A stretch of DNA of 64,000 nucleotides. Origin: a bacterium (lineage in GTDB: Bacteria > Zhuqueibacterota > Zhuqueibacteria > Residuimicrobiales > Krinioviventaceae). Positions within the stretch are counted from its first letter, which is position 1. Each line of letters starts with the position of its first letter. Both the position numbers and the translations under genes were made by a program. The notes under the pieces were generated by a model that was not told the DNA's origin, did not search any database, and saw only the letters and a program-made list of their open reading frames with translations. This document shows positions 9,295-18,922 of this stretch, one piece after another. The stretch covers positions 640,001 through 704,000 of the forward strand of contig CAXXFV010000016.1 of NCBI GenBank assembly GCA_963674595.2, in the 5' to 3' direction.

Positions 9295-11781
9295 TTAAAG
9301 TTGAATGCCAAAACCTGCTCGTAGTCTGAATTTTCCGTCCCATGCGGATGGATCACTGTAAATTCCTCCGGGAATACCATTGTAATCAACCCAGAGAATA
9401 TTGGAGTGATCGAAAACGTTTAAAGCTTCCAGGAAAAAAGAAGCCGGTATGTTTATAATTTTGAAATCTTTATTGACACGAATATCCAGTGTTGTTGATG
9501 ATTCCATTCTGGCATTGTTCGGTGTTGTGCTGATGCCAAGATATTCCGTATAGGGCAGGGGACTGTTCCATTTCCACAGGATATTTATACCCCAGTTATT
9601 GGGTTTGCGCATATCTATATTGGCAACAATAGTATGTCTCTGGTCCCAGCTTAGGTAATAATCGCTGATAGGGACTTTGGTATCGTTGGTCAACCAACTG
9701 AATTTTTCTGTATTTTCAGATCCGGTTCCTTTGGCAATCATGTATGTGTGACTGATTTTCCCTGAAAGAAACTGGGTTACACGTCTTTTAAAATATATTT
9801 CACTTCCCCATATTGAGACGTTTTCCATGTTCACATAACGTGTATAACCGCTACCGCTTAGGGCATCACTTTTTCGGTCCAAAAATGTATTGTTATCAAT
9901 TAAATTTGAAACTTCTTTATTAAAAATTGTTATGTCTAAAAGCGTATGATGAGTCAACTGGTTTTTGTAACTAAGTTCATAGGACAGGGTTTTAGATGGT
10001 TTTAAATCCGGATCTCCAAGCGGTGAAAAACCCTGGGAGAGGTTAATATTAGCATTTGTATATAAATAATCAAACATAGGTGTTTGGAAAAAATATCCAT
10101 AATTAACACGCAGTTCTTGTTTTGTTCCCATGGGCAAAGCAATACCAATTCTTGGGCTCCATTGATGTTTCATTTCAGCTTTGGTTTGTTTTTCATTATT
10201 TATAATCCAGTCTGAACGGTCACCATAAATTTTTTCTTCAACGGCGGGTCGTTGTGCTCTGGGATTCATAAAATCATAACGAAGGCCAATGTTGGCTATC
10301 ATTCCTTCATATTCAATTTTGTCCTGAATATAAGCAGCGCCTCTATATGGATAGTATTGATATTCTGTATCATAGGAAATGTATTGCGGAAAAGCCGGAT
10401 CATAAGTTTTAACTTCGAGACGTTGAACATTTTTTTTGTAAAGATCATAATAAGTAAATTCCATACCGGTTTTAATTTGGTGGTTATTTGTAATTTGTGA
10501 AGTGAGATCAATTTTTCCCATGGTATGGATTTCTTCATGGTCCAGCCACCAGGGATAGTCGCCGGATATAACCCAATCTTTTTTTATAGGATCTTCATAT
10601 TTGACGTTTGCCATATCCAGTGATGATGCCCCATTAATGGATTTTAATACATTATAAACACTGGCACGAACTTCGTAAAATGTTTGCGGATTTATAGTGT
10701 GTACGGCTGTTAAGCTGAACCGATAGCTGTTTTTTGTTCTTTCAGGAAGCCCTGGTATATTTTTTTTCCATTTGTTATCAAATTCCGTCCATTCCCATAA
10801 TGAAAGCAAACCCTGTGTCGTAATTTTGAGCGATTTCCAGGGATGAAACGAGATTTTTGAATTCATATTTATATTTTTACTGGCAGAGTTGTTAAAAATC
10901 ATCAAACGTTGACCAAATTCCTCCCGTTTCCAGCGAGTATTCGGCATGCGGATGTCTGCTGAAAGATAAAATTTAAGCTTTTGTGTTAGCAAGGGGCCAC
11001 CAATATAACATTCTGTTATCCAGTCCGTATTTGCACCATCAGTTGTAAAAGGTGTTTCTCTTCCGGCATAGTGTAATGCTGATACTTCGACCATACTTTC
11101 AAGGTCTTGTCCGCCATCCTGAGTCAGGATGTTGACGACGCCGGACATGGCATTTCCATATTCTGCATTAAAGCCACCGGTTTGCACAGTCATGTCAATA
11201 ATAGAATTCATCGGCAGTTCTGCGCCTATTTTCCCTTCAATTACGTCCTGAATTGGAAACCCATCGACTAAATATAAAACCTCGTTTTGGCGGCCTCCAC
11301 GAATATGGCCGGCTGCAACACCGGGTTGAATGTCGATAATCTCAGTGAATGATTGTACCGGAAGTTGTGAGATTTCCTGTTGACTTATAAAGTGGGCGGT
11401 TGCAGTTACATCTTTTTGGATCATGGGGCGTTCAGCCGTTACTGATACCTGTTCCCCATCCAAAACTTTGAGATCCATCTCAAAATTGTGTGTTGTTCTT
11501 AAATCCATTAAAATATGAACATCATTTAAAATAATAGTTTGATAACCCATCATTTCAACTTTTATACGGTAGCGGCCGGCAGGAATATTGTTTATTAAAA
11601 AAAATCCGTCACCTTCTGCAGCAGCTCCATAGTATGTGTCAATAAGTGTAATATTTGCTCCAGGAAGAGGTTGTTGCGTGTTTTTGTCTGTTATTCGTCC
11701 TGCAAATGTACCCGTAATACCGGCAAATGACACAGCGACTGTTTTAGCATAAATCAGAGCAATAAATAAATACTTTTTCAT
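9295..11781 (-). CDS. TonB-dependent receptor
   Basis: GRITDKNTQQPLPGANI N-domain; plug HIRGGRQNEVLYLVDG...GGFNAEYGNAMSGVVNI; YIQDKIEY...GLRYD; SPRIG; GDPDLKP; C-terminal beta strand. Alternative start 11796. Confidence 0.92.
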   Translation of the reverse strand: MKKYLFIALIYAKTVAVSFAGITGTFAGRITDKNTQQPLPGANITLIDTYYGAAAEGDGFFLINNIPAGRYRIKVEMMGYQTIILNDVHILMDLRTTHNFEMDLKVLDGEQVSVTAERPMIQKDVTATAHFISQQEISQLPVQSFTEIIDIQPGVAAGHIRGGRQNEVLYLVDGFPIQDVIEGKIGAELPMNSIIDMTVQTGGFNAEYGNAMSGVVNILTQDGGQDLESMVEVSALHYAGRETPFTTDGANTDWITECYIGGPLLTQKLKFYLSADIRMPNTRWKREEFGQRLMIFNNSASKNINMNSKISFHPWKSLKITTQGLLSLWEWTEFDNKWKKNIPGLPERTKNSYRFSLTAVHTINPQTFYEVRASVYNVLKSINGASSLDMANVKYEDPIKKDWVISGDYPWWLDHEEIHTMGKIDLTSQITNNHQIKTGMEFTYYDLYKKNVQRLEVKTYDPAFPQYISYDTEYQYYPYRGAAYIQDKIEYEGMIANIGLRYDFMNPRAQRPAVEEKIYGDRSDWIINNEKQTKAEMKHQWSPRIGIALPMGTKQELRVNYGYFFQTPMFDYLYTNANINLSQGFSPLGDPDLKPSKTLSYELSYKNQLTHHTLLDITIFNKEVSNLIDNNTFLDRKSDALSGSGYTRYVNMENVSIWGSEIYFKRRVTQFLSGKISHTYMIAKGTGSENTEKFSWLTNDTKVPISDYYLSWDQRHTIVANIDMRKPNNWGINILWKWNSPLPYTEYLGISTTPNNARMESSTTLDIRVNKDFKIINIPASFFLEALNVFDHSNILWVDYNGIPGGIYSDPSAWDGKFRLRAGFGIQL

Positions 11782-12012
11782 TATTCGACCCATCATTTTC
11801 AGTGTCTGGTTAACAAAATAAAATAGGCTTTATTTTAAATAAAAATAATAGATGATAAAATCAACAAAAAAAATGAATAGATAGTTATTTTTTTTGGTTC
11901 TATTGTATAATTAGAAAATGAACTGAAAATCACTTTGATTCTTGGATATTAGATTGTATATTGTTAACATTTAACAAGATATATCAAGACGATGTAAAGG
12001 AACAAGCTCAAA

Positions 12013-14820
12013 ATGAAAAAAGCGATATTGATTACAGTGCTGATTGTTTTTTCCCGCTCACTGTTCGCCATTGTGCCCCCATTTAAAAAAGATATTAAAT
12101 TACCTGAGGAAATGCGCAATAATCTTAAAGATAATCCTGCTTTTTATATGCCTCAAAAGGGTTTTATTAAAACTATACAGAATTTTCGTGCCTCAAAATC
12201 AACTAGTTTAAGAAAAACGAATGCTGCGCAAAGCAATTCATTAAGTCTTGCGATACCTGTATTATGTGCTCAATATTCTGATGTAACAGCGGAATGGCCG
12301 GAAACGGACCTTCAGGCAGAGCTTTTTGGAAACTGGCCGACCGGCTCGATGGCTGATTATTATGATGATGTTTCTTATGGGCAGTTTCAATTGACAGGCC
12401 AGGTTTATGGATGGTATCAGGTTTCCGGTACGTCGCAATACTATGAAAGAGACAACGGCAATACCGGCGAGTTGTTAAAAGAGTTGTTTGAGCTTTCCGA
12501 TGAATCTGTTGACTATACACAATATGACAATGACGGACCGGATGGTGTACCCAATTCGGGCGATGATGACGGTTTTGTTGATGTGATTGCCATTGTGCAT
12601 TCCGGTGAAGGTGGTGAACGAGGCGGCCCCGGTATTTGGTCGCACAGTTGGAGTTATCAATATTATTATTTTAGTCCTTTTGTAACAAATGATGTTGGAA
12701 TTAACGGAAACAAAATAAAAATTAATGATTATATTATTCAACCTGCTGTCGAAGAAGGTGATATGGTCAAAATTGGCGTTTTTTGCCATGAATTCGGCCA
12801 TGCTTTAGGTCTACCTGATTTGTATGATCGTGATGATGAAGGTGAGACTTCGGAAGGGGTTGGAAATTGGTGTTTAATGGCCGGCGGCAGTTATGGTGGA
12901 GATGGTAATTCTCCCGAATATCCTGCTCACATGAGTGCGTGGTGTAAAGAGGCCCTGGGTTGGATAACCCCTGTTGTTCCTGATGAAAATTTATCAAATC
13001 AGGCGCTCCCGGCTGTTGAAGATTCTTCTGTGTTTTTTAAGCTATGGACACATGGAGACATTACACCTTATATTTTTAATAGTGGCCTTGATTTAAGCAT
13101 AAATCTCGGAAGAGAATATTTTCTTGTTGAAAATCGTCAGAAAAAAGGATTTGATCGCAATTTAGAAGGTGAAGGTCTGTTAATCTGGCATATTGATAAT
13201 TCGGTAAGAGGTTGGAATGATGATGAAAACCATAAACTTGTCGACCTGGAAGCTGCAGACGGACGGGTAGATTTGGATTTTGAAAGAAATGACGGAGATA
13301 CCGGCGATCCTTTTCCAGGGATTACGGACAATCGAAATTTTAACCGTACATCAAGACCCAACAGTTTGTCCTATAATCTGGCAAACTCAAAAGTAGCTGT
13401 AGAAAATATTAGTGATTCCGGGGATATAATGTTTGCCGATTTGTCTGTTGTTGCAGATGATATTGACTTTTTATCCTATAATCTGGATGATTTTGAAGGT
13501 GACGGCAATGGGTTTTTGGATCCTGGTGAATCGGCCCGCTTGTATGTTGATCTGAAAAATTATGGTCAAAATGTAACTTCAGTGACGGCTGTTTTAACCA
13601 CAGATGATCCGGATATACAAATTACAGATTCTGTCGCTGTTTATTCCGGTATTGAAGAAGATGGTAGCGGAGTAAATGATTTGGATGCTTTTGCATTAAA
13701 TGCTTCAGCAAATGCGTCTCGTCATCCCATAAATTGCAAATTGAAAATTAACTCTGATCGTGATTATTATACAGAAATTGATCTAGTTGTTATGATGGAG
13801 AATATATTTATTCTTCTTGTTGACGACAGTTATGGTGAAAAGACCGAAAGTGGTGTGAGTATCATGCAATATTATACAGATGCTTTAGACCAATTAGGAA
13901 TTGATTATTATGATACACACCAGATTACGATTCAGGGTACTCCGGATAGCACTTTGTTAAAAAAATACGGCACGGTTATTTGGTTTACCGGTTCGCAGCG
14001 TAATACGTTATCAGCGACTGAGCAGCGGTATCTCATCAGCTATCTTGAAAATGGAGGTAATTTTTTTATTTCAGGTCAAAATATTGGTTCTGACCTTGTG
14101 CTGACAGGAAATATAAGTGATAACGTATTTTATGAAAAATATTTGCATGCCAAACTTTTACAGGATAATGCATCTTCAGACCCGCAAATTATGCTTACGG
14201 GAATTATTGATGATCCGATAACGGATGGTTTTCGTCCTTACTTTTTTATTACAGAAGGAAATGGGGCTGATAATCAAACTTCTCCGGATATTATTGAACC
14301 CATTAACGGGGCCACCTCACTTTTTAACTATTTTGGAACAGGTTTAATGGGGAAAAATGCTGCTATAAAGTATCAGGGTGATTATCAATTGGTTTATCTT
14401 GCCTTTAGTTTTGAAGCTATAAATGAATTTGGATCAAGTGTAATTAGCAGAACTGAACTGGTAGATAATGTTTTGACCTGGTTTAATACCGAGAATCAAG
14501 TGTCCGGTGTGTCAACCTTTGGTAGTGATGATCTGGTTGCAACTCATTATGAACTCTGGCAAAATTTCCCAAATCCATTCAATCCGGAAACGGTCATACG
14601 TTTTCAATTGCCAAAAAGTTCTCATGTTTCCCTGAAAGTTTATGATGTGCTGGGGCGTGAAATTAAAACTTTGATAAATAAATTAATGAACAACGGGATC
14701 CAGGATGTTGTTTGGAACGGTACTGATAACTTTAATCGACACGTTTCTTCAGGAGTTTATTTATACCGAATAGAAACAGATGATTTTACTGATATGAAAA
14801 AAATGATCCTTATTAGATAA
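12013..14820 (+). CDS. M6 family secreted metalloprotease with CTD (paralogue of 1069..3864)
   Basis: Signal peptide; HEFGHALGLPDLYD; WCLMAGGSY; EYFLVENR; LWQNFPNPFN CTD. Confidence 0.9.
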   Translation: MKKAILITVLIVFSRSLFAIVPPFKKDIKLPEEMRNNLKDNPAFYMPQKGFIKTIQNFRASKSTSLRKTNAAQSNSLSLAIPVLCAQYSDVTAEWPETDLQAELFGNWPTGSMADYYDDVSYGQFQLTGQVYGWYQVSGTSQYYERDNGNTGELLKELFELSDESVDYTQYDNDGPDGVPNSGDDDGFVDVIAIVHSGEGGERGGPGIWSHSWSYQYYYFSPFVTNDVGINGNKIKINDYIIQPAVEEGDMVKIGVFCHEFGHALGLPDLYDRDDEGETSEGVGNWCLMAGGSYGGDGNSPEYPAHMSAWCKEALGWITPVVPDENLSNQALPAVEDSSVFFKLWTHGDITPYIFNSGLDLSINLGREYFLVENRQKKGFDRNLEGEGLLIWHIDNSVRGWNDDENHKLVDLEAADGRVDLDFERNDGDTGDPFPGITDNRNFNRTSRPNSLSYNLANSKVAVENISDSGDIMFADLSVVADDIDFLSYNLDDFEGDGNGFLDPGESARLYVDLKNYGQNVTSVTAVLTTDDPDIQITDSVAVYSGIEEDGSGVNDLDAFALNASANASRHPINCKLKINSDRDYYTEIDLVVMMENIFILLVDDSYGEKTESGVSIMQYYTDALDQLGIDYYDTHQITIQGTPDSTLLKKYGTVIWFTGSQRNTLSATEQRYLISYLENGGNFFISGQNIGSDLVLTGNISDNVFYEKYLHAKLLQDNASSDPQIMLTGIIDDPITDGFRPYFFITEGNGADNQTSPDIIEPINGATSLFNYFGTGLMGKNAAIKYQGDYQLVYLAFSFEAINEFGSSVISRTELVDNVLTWFNTENQVSGVSTFGSDDLVATHYELWQNFPNPFNPETVIRFQLPKSSHVSLKVYDVLGREIKTLINKLMNNGIQDVVWNGTDNFNRHVSSGVYLYRIETDDFTDMKKMILIR

Positions 14821-14863
14821 CATTAAAACAACAAAAACCATTAATAATGTGGGAGAAAACCCT

Positions 14864-17800
14864 ATGCAGAAAATGTTTTATTTTCGGATGACTTTAACTA
14901 TTTTGTTGTTAACAGTTTCCTTCTCTTTTGGAAAAGTAAAAAACAAGTTTGAAAATCAACCTGATTACACTGACCAAAATGTAACCAGAATTCCTGCAGA
15001 TAAGGTTGAAATTGTTCCGGGAAAGATCGTTGTAAAGTTTAAAACACAGCCGCCTGCCTATGCAAAGCAAAATTCCGGAAAACCTTCTGTTGGCTTTCCT
15101 ACAGTTGACGCTATTGCCAACAAGTTTAATATAAAAACAGTGAAAAAGATTTTTCCTGAAAAAACACAAACTGTTGCCGGCAAGGTTGATCTGTCACGAT
15201 TTTATAAATTTAAGTTTGATCAATCAGCCGATGTTTATCAAATCATCCAAGAATTACAATCTGATCCAATGGTTGAATATGCCGAACCACAATATGTTAG
15301 CTATGCATATTTTACACCAAATGATGCCCGTTATGATGAACAGCTTCATTTGTTACAGATTAAAGCTGATTCTGCATGGGACATACACCAGGGTAGTAAA
15401 GATGTTATCATCGGTGTTGTAGATACAGGCGTTGATTATTTACATGAAGACCTGGCTGCAAATATTTGGGTAAATCCGGGTGAGGACCTGAACGGAAACG
15501 GTGTTGTCGATGAATCGGACATGAACGGCATTGACGACGATGGAAATGGAAAAGTTGATGACATTCGCGGTTGGGATTTTGTAGATCTTGAAAATACTGC
15601 TGATGTTGCCGCTGGAGAAGATGCCCTTGATGAAGATAATGATCCAATGGATTTTGACGGTCATGGCACCCATGTTTCCGGAACAGCGGCAGCCGTTACA
15701 AATAACGGAATTGGTGTTGCCGGGGTTGCTTATCAATTAACAATCATGCCGTTGCGTGTCGGTTATCATACAACAGATGACAATGCGCTTATGGATGATC
15801 CTTATAGGGCAATTGTGTATGCAGCAGATAATGGTGCGAATGTTGTCAATTTGTCATGGGGTGGAGGCGGGTATTCCAGCTATGCACAAGAAATTATAAA
15901 TTATGCCTACGAAAAGGGTGTTGTCATCATTGGGTCAGCCGGAAATGACGGTAATTACACTGTGCATTATCCATCTGCTTATGATAATGTCGTGTCCGTT
16001 GCTGCAACGCTTCATGATATTGATCTTAAAGCTGGTTACTCTACGTATCATGAATCTGTTGATATTTCTGCACCAGGTTCTTTTATTTTAGCAACCACTC
16101 CAGGCAATAATTATGAATACAAAAGCGGTACATCCATGGCTGCACCTGTTGTTTCCGGTGTTGCCGGATTGGTCAAGTCGGCTCACATGGATTGGGATAA
16201 TGATCGTATTATCCGTCAGTTAATCGAAACGACTGATGATATTTATGACAGAAATCCTGATTATCGCGGATATTTGGGTTCCGGACGTGTTAACGCCTAT
16301 CGTGCCTTAACAGAGACGCCTTCTTCCGTGCGAGTTTTCGACTGGGATTTTGATGATTCCATTACCGGAGATAATAACGGCAGAGTTGATAATGGCGAAA
16401 CAATCGCTTTTTCAATCTCGGTTAAAAGTTATTTGGACAATGTAACGAATGTCACAGCAACATTGTCAACCGAAGATGAATACATAACACTTATAAATGA
16501 TAGTTTTGATTTTGGTAATATTAACCAGTCTGAAGGTGCCTCTAATGATGCTAATCCGTTTATGTTTTCTACTGATCCGGAGACGCCTCTTGGGCATCGT
16601 GTTTCATTTCGAATTGATATTTCTGCAAACGATGGTTCCTATAACAGTTTTAAATATATAAATACCTATGTTCGGCCTTTATTTGCAGACCATGATATTA
16701 ATAATGTTCGGTTCACAGTAACCAGTTTTGGTATTTTCGGTTTCAACGATTATGCTAACTCGGGTCAGTATTTGGGAAATGGTTTTCAATACCCAATTGG
16801 AACGACAAGCACACTTTATCATGGAAGTTTATGGGTCGGGACTTCAGCCAATCAGGTTTCCGACTGTTCTGAAAATTATGCCGATGGTGAGCGTTATGAT
16901 TTTGTTACCAGCGAAGGCGGCAGTATTTTATTTGATAATAAAATTTCCGACCAGGATGGATATGCCAGGTTTAATGATTCCAGTGCTTTAAATCCTATTG
17001 GGCTTGAAATAACACAAAAAAGTTATGCGTGGGTATCTGTGCCTGACAGCGATTATGTTGTTGTGGAATATACATTACACAATACAACTGACCAACAAAT
17101 TGAAGATATTTATACCGGACTATTTATAGACTGGGACATTGATAGTGAACCTGAAAATTTGAATGATGTTGGCTGGGACGCTGAAAATAATTTGGGTTAT
17201 ATGTATGGCGATAGTACAAAATACTATGGAATTGCCATGCTTTACCCGGCAGCAACAGGATATACCGGTCTGGACCATAATGACGGATTGAATGATGCTC
17301 GTAAATTTGAGTTGATGAGTAATGGTTTCGGTATGACGGCAACCCCGTTCCAGGATGACTGGTCTCATGTTGTGTCTACCGGTCCGGTTACTTTGGCCCC
17401 GGGTGAAAGAACTGTTGTAACCTTTGCCGTGCTGGGTGGTGATGATTTAGGCGATATTAAACAAAACAGCGCTGCCGCTGCTGTCAAATATGCCCCAATG
17501 GCTCCGGCGAATATCGATATTGACCACACTCCACTAGTTGACACTGAAGATAATGCCAATCCATATACTGTTCAGGTCCAGTTAGCAGCTAATGAAAACG
17601 CGATTGATCCCGGCAGTGTTTCTTTGTTTTGGAAAACGGACGGTGCTGCTGCATTTAACCAGGTGCAAATGACAACAACTGATGACATTAATTTTTCCGG
17701 TGATATTCCGGCCCAAAATGAAACCGAAGTTTCTTACTATGTTCAGGCCCAGTCGGTTAGCGGACTGTACAGTAAACTCCCCTTTGAAGCCCCGGCAGAA

Positions 17801-18922
17801 GTTTTTAGCTTTTACGTCGGGCTTGATAACAAAGCACCGGTTATTTCTGATATAACGAAATTGGACAATACATTAAATCTGAGCGGACCTTTTACCGTTT
17901 CCGCAACCGTTGTTGATAATATGGGATTAAAGGAAAACGGCGTTTATTTATTTTATCAGGTAAATGCCGGTGCTGCCGATAGTACTCTCATGGCTTATGA
18001 TAACGGCACAAAACAATTTTCAGCAGATATATCATTTGAAACTGTTCTTTCTCCAAATGATTCAATATCCTATTATATAAGCGCTTTGGACAAGGCGGCA
18101 CAGCCGAATAAAACAGTATCTGAAGTTAAATCGTTCAAAGTTGTCAACACTTTGGCGGTAGATGGTTTTGAAGGTGATTTAGATCAATGGGACCTGGGCA
18201 GCGGATGGGCTGTTTATTTTTATGCAAACACCGGCGCCTTTTCCATAACGGATAGTCCTGACGGATATTACTCACCGAACAGCGAAAATACATTAACATT
18301 ATTAAATCCTTTTAACCTGGCAACGCGTGAAACTGCTTTACTTTCATTTTATTATATCCACTCATTAAACGCCGGTGACAGTTGTTTTGTGGAAGCGAGT
18401 AAAGATGGATTGACATGGGATATAATCGGTGCATATACCGGTGAGTCGGGATATACATATCAGCAGGCACAGTTAAGTCTCAATGACTTTTGCGGGGCCG
18501 GTGCTGAGCAGGTACAAATTCGATTCAGGTTGGTTGCCGATGAGGACAACAATGTCGCTGACGGCTTTTATATTGATGATATTGAAGTTTTGGCTGATCC
18601 TGGAAATGCTGTTGAAAATAATCATACAGAAAACAGCTTGCCGACTGTTTATAAATTGGGACAAAATTATCCCAATCCTTTTAATCCTTCAACAACTATC
18701 AATTATGAGTTGCCAAAAGCAGGCCATGTGAATATAGAAATATTCAGTATTTTGGGTGAACGAATCAATGTTTTGGTTGATAAGCACCATAACGCCGGAC
18801 GTTACCAGCAAGTTTGGAACGGACGCAACAGCCGTGGTGTTCCTGTTTCAACCGGTGTTTATTTTTATCGCATAAAATCTAATTCGTTTACAGACGTTAA
18901 AAAGATGATCCTTCTCAAGTGA
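14864..18922 (+). CDS. Large modular S8 (subtilisin-like) serine protease with CTD
   Basis: Propeptide (VEYAEP); triad motifs VVDTG, GHGTHVSG, GTSMAAP; several C-terminal beta domains; LGQNYPNPFN CTD. ORF track start is 14849. Confidence 0.92.
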   Translation: MQKMFYFRMTLTILLLTVSFSFGKVKNKFENQPDYTDQNVTRIPADKVEIVPGKIVVKFKTQPPAYAKQNSGKPSVGFPTVDAIANKFNIKTVKKIFPEKTQTVAGKVDLSRFYKFKFDQSADVYQIIQELQSDPMVEYAEPQYVSYAYFTPNDARYDEQLHLLQIKADSAWDIHQGSKDVIIGVVDTGVDYLHEDLAANIWVNPGEDLNGNGVVDESDMNGIDDDGNGKVDDIRGWDFVDLENTADVAAGEDALDEDNDPMDFDGHGTHVSGTAAAVTNNGIGVAGVAYQLTIMPLRVGYHTTDDNALMDDPYRAIVYAADNGANVVNLSWGGGGYSSYAQEIINYAYEKGVVIIGSAGNDGNYTVHYPSAYDNVVSVAATLHDIDLKAGYSTYHESVDISAPGSFILATTPGNNYEYKSGTSMAAPVVSGVAGLVKSAHMDWDNDRIIRQLIETTDDIYDRNPDYRGYLGSGRVNAYRALTETPSSVRVFDWDFDDSITGDNNGRVDNGETIAFSISVKSYLDNVTNVTATLSTEDEYITLINDSFDFGNINQSEGASNDANPFMFSTDPETPLGHRVSFRIDISANDGSYNSFKYINTYVRPLFADHDINNVRFTVTSFGIFGFNDYANSGQYLGNGFQYPIGTTSTLYHGSLWVGTSANQVSDCSENYADGERYDFVTSEGGSILFDNKISDQDGYARFNDSSALNPIGLEITQKSYAWVSVPDSDYVVVEYTLHNTTDQQIEDIYTGLFIDWDIDSEPENLNDVGWDAENNLGYMYGDSTKYYGIAMLYPAATGYTGLDHNDGLNDARKFELMSNGFGMTATPFQDDWSHVVSTGPVTLAPGERTVVTFAVLGGDDLGDIKQNSAAAAVKYAPMAPANIDIDHTPLVDTEDNANPYTVQVQLAANENAIDPGSVSLFWKTDGAAAFNQVQMTTTDDINFSGDIPAQNETEVSYYVQAQSVSGLYSKLPFEAPAEVFSFYVGLDNKAPVISDITKLDNTLNLSGPFTVSATVVDNMGLKENGVYLFYQVNAGAADSTLMAYDNGTKQFSADISFETVLSPNDSISYYISALDKAAQPNKTVSEVKSFKVVNTLAVDGFEGDLDQWDLGSGWAVYFYANTGAFSITDSPDGYYSPNSENTLTLLNPFNLATRETALLSFYYIHSLNAGDSCFVEASKDGLTWDIIGAYTGESGYTYQQAQLSLNDFCGAGAEQVQIRFRLVADEDNNVADGFYIDDIEVLADPGNAVENNHTENSLPTVYKLGQNYPNPFNPSTTINYELPKAGHVNIEIFSILGERINVLVDKHHNAGRYQQVWNGRNSRGVPVSTGVYFYRIKSNSFTDVKKMILLK

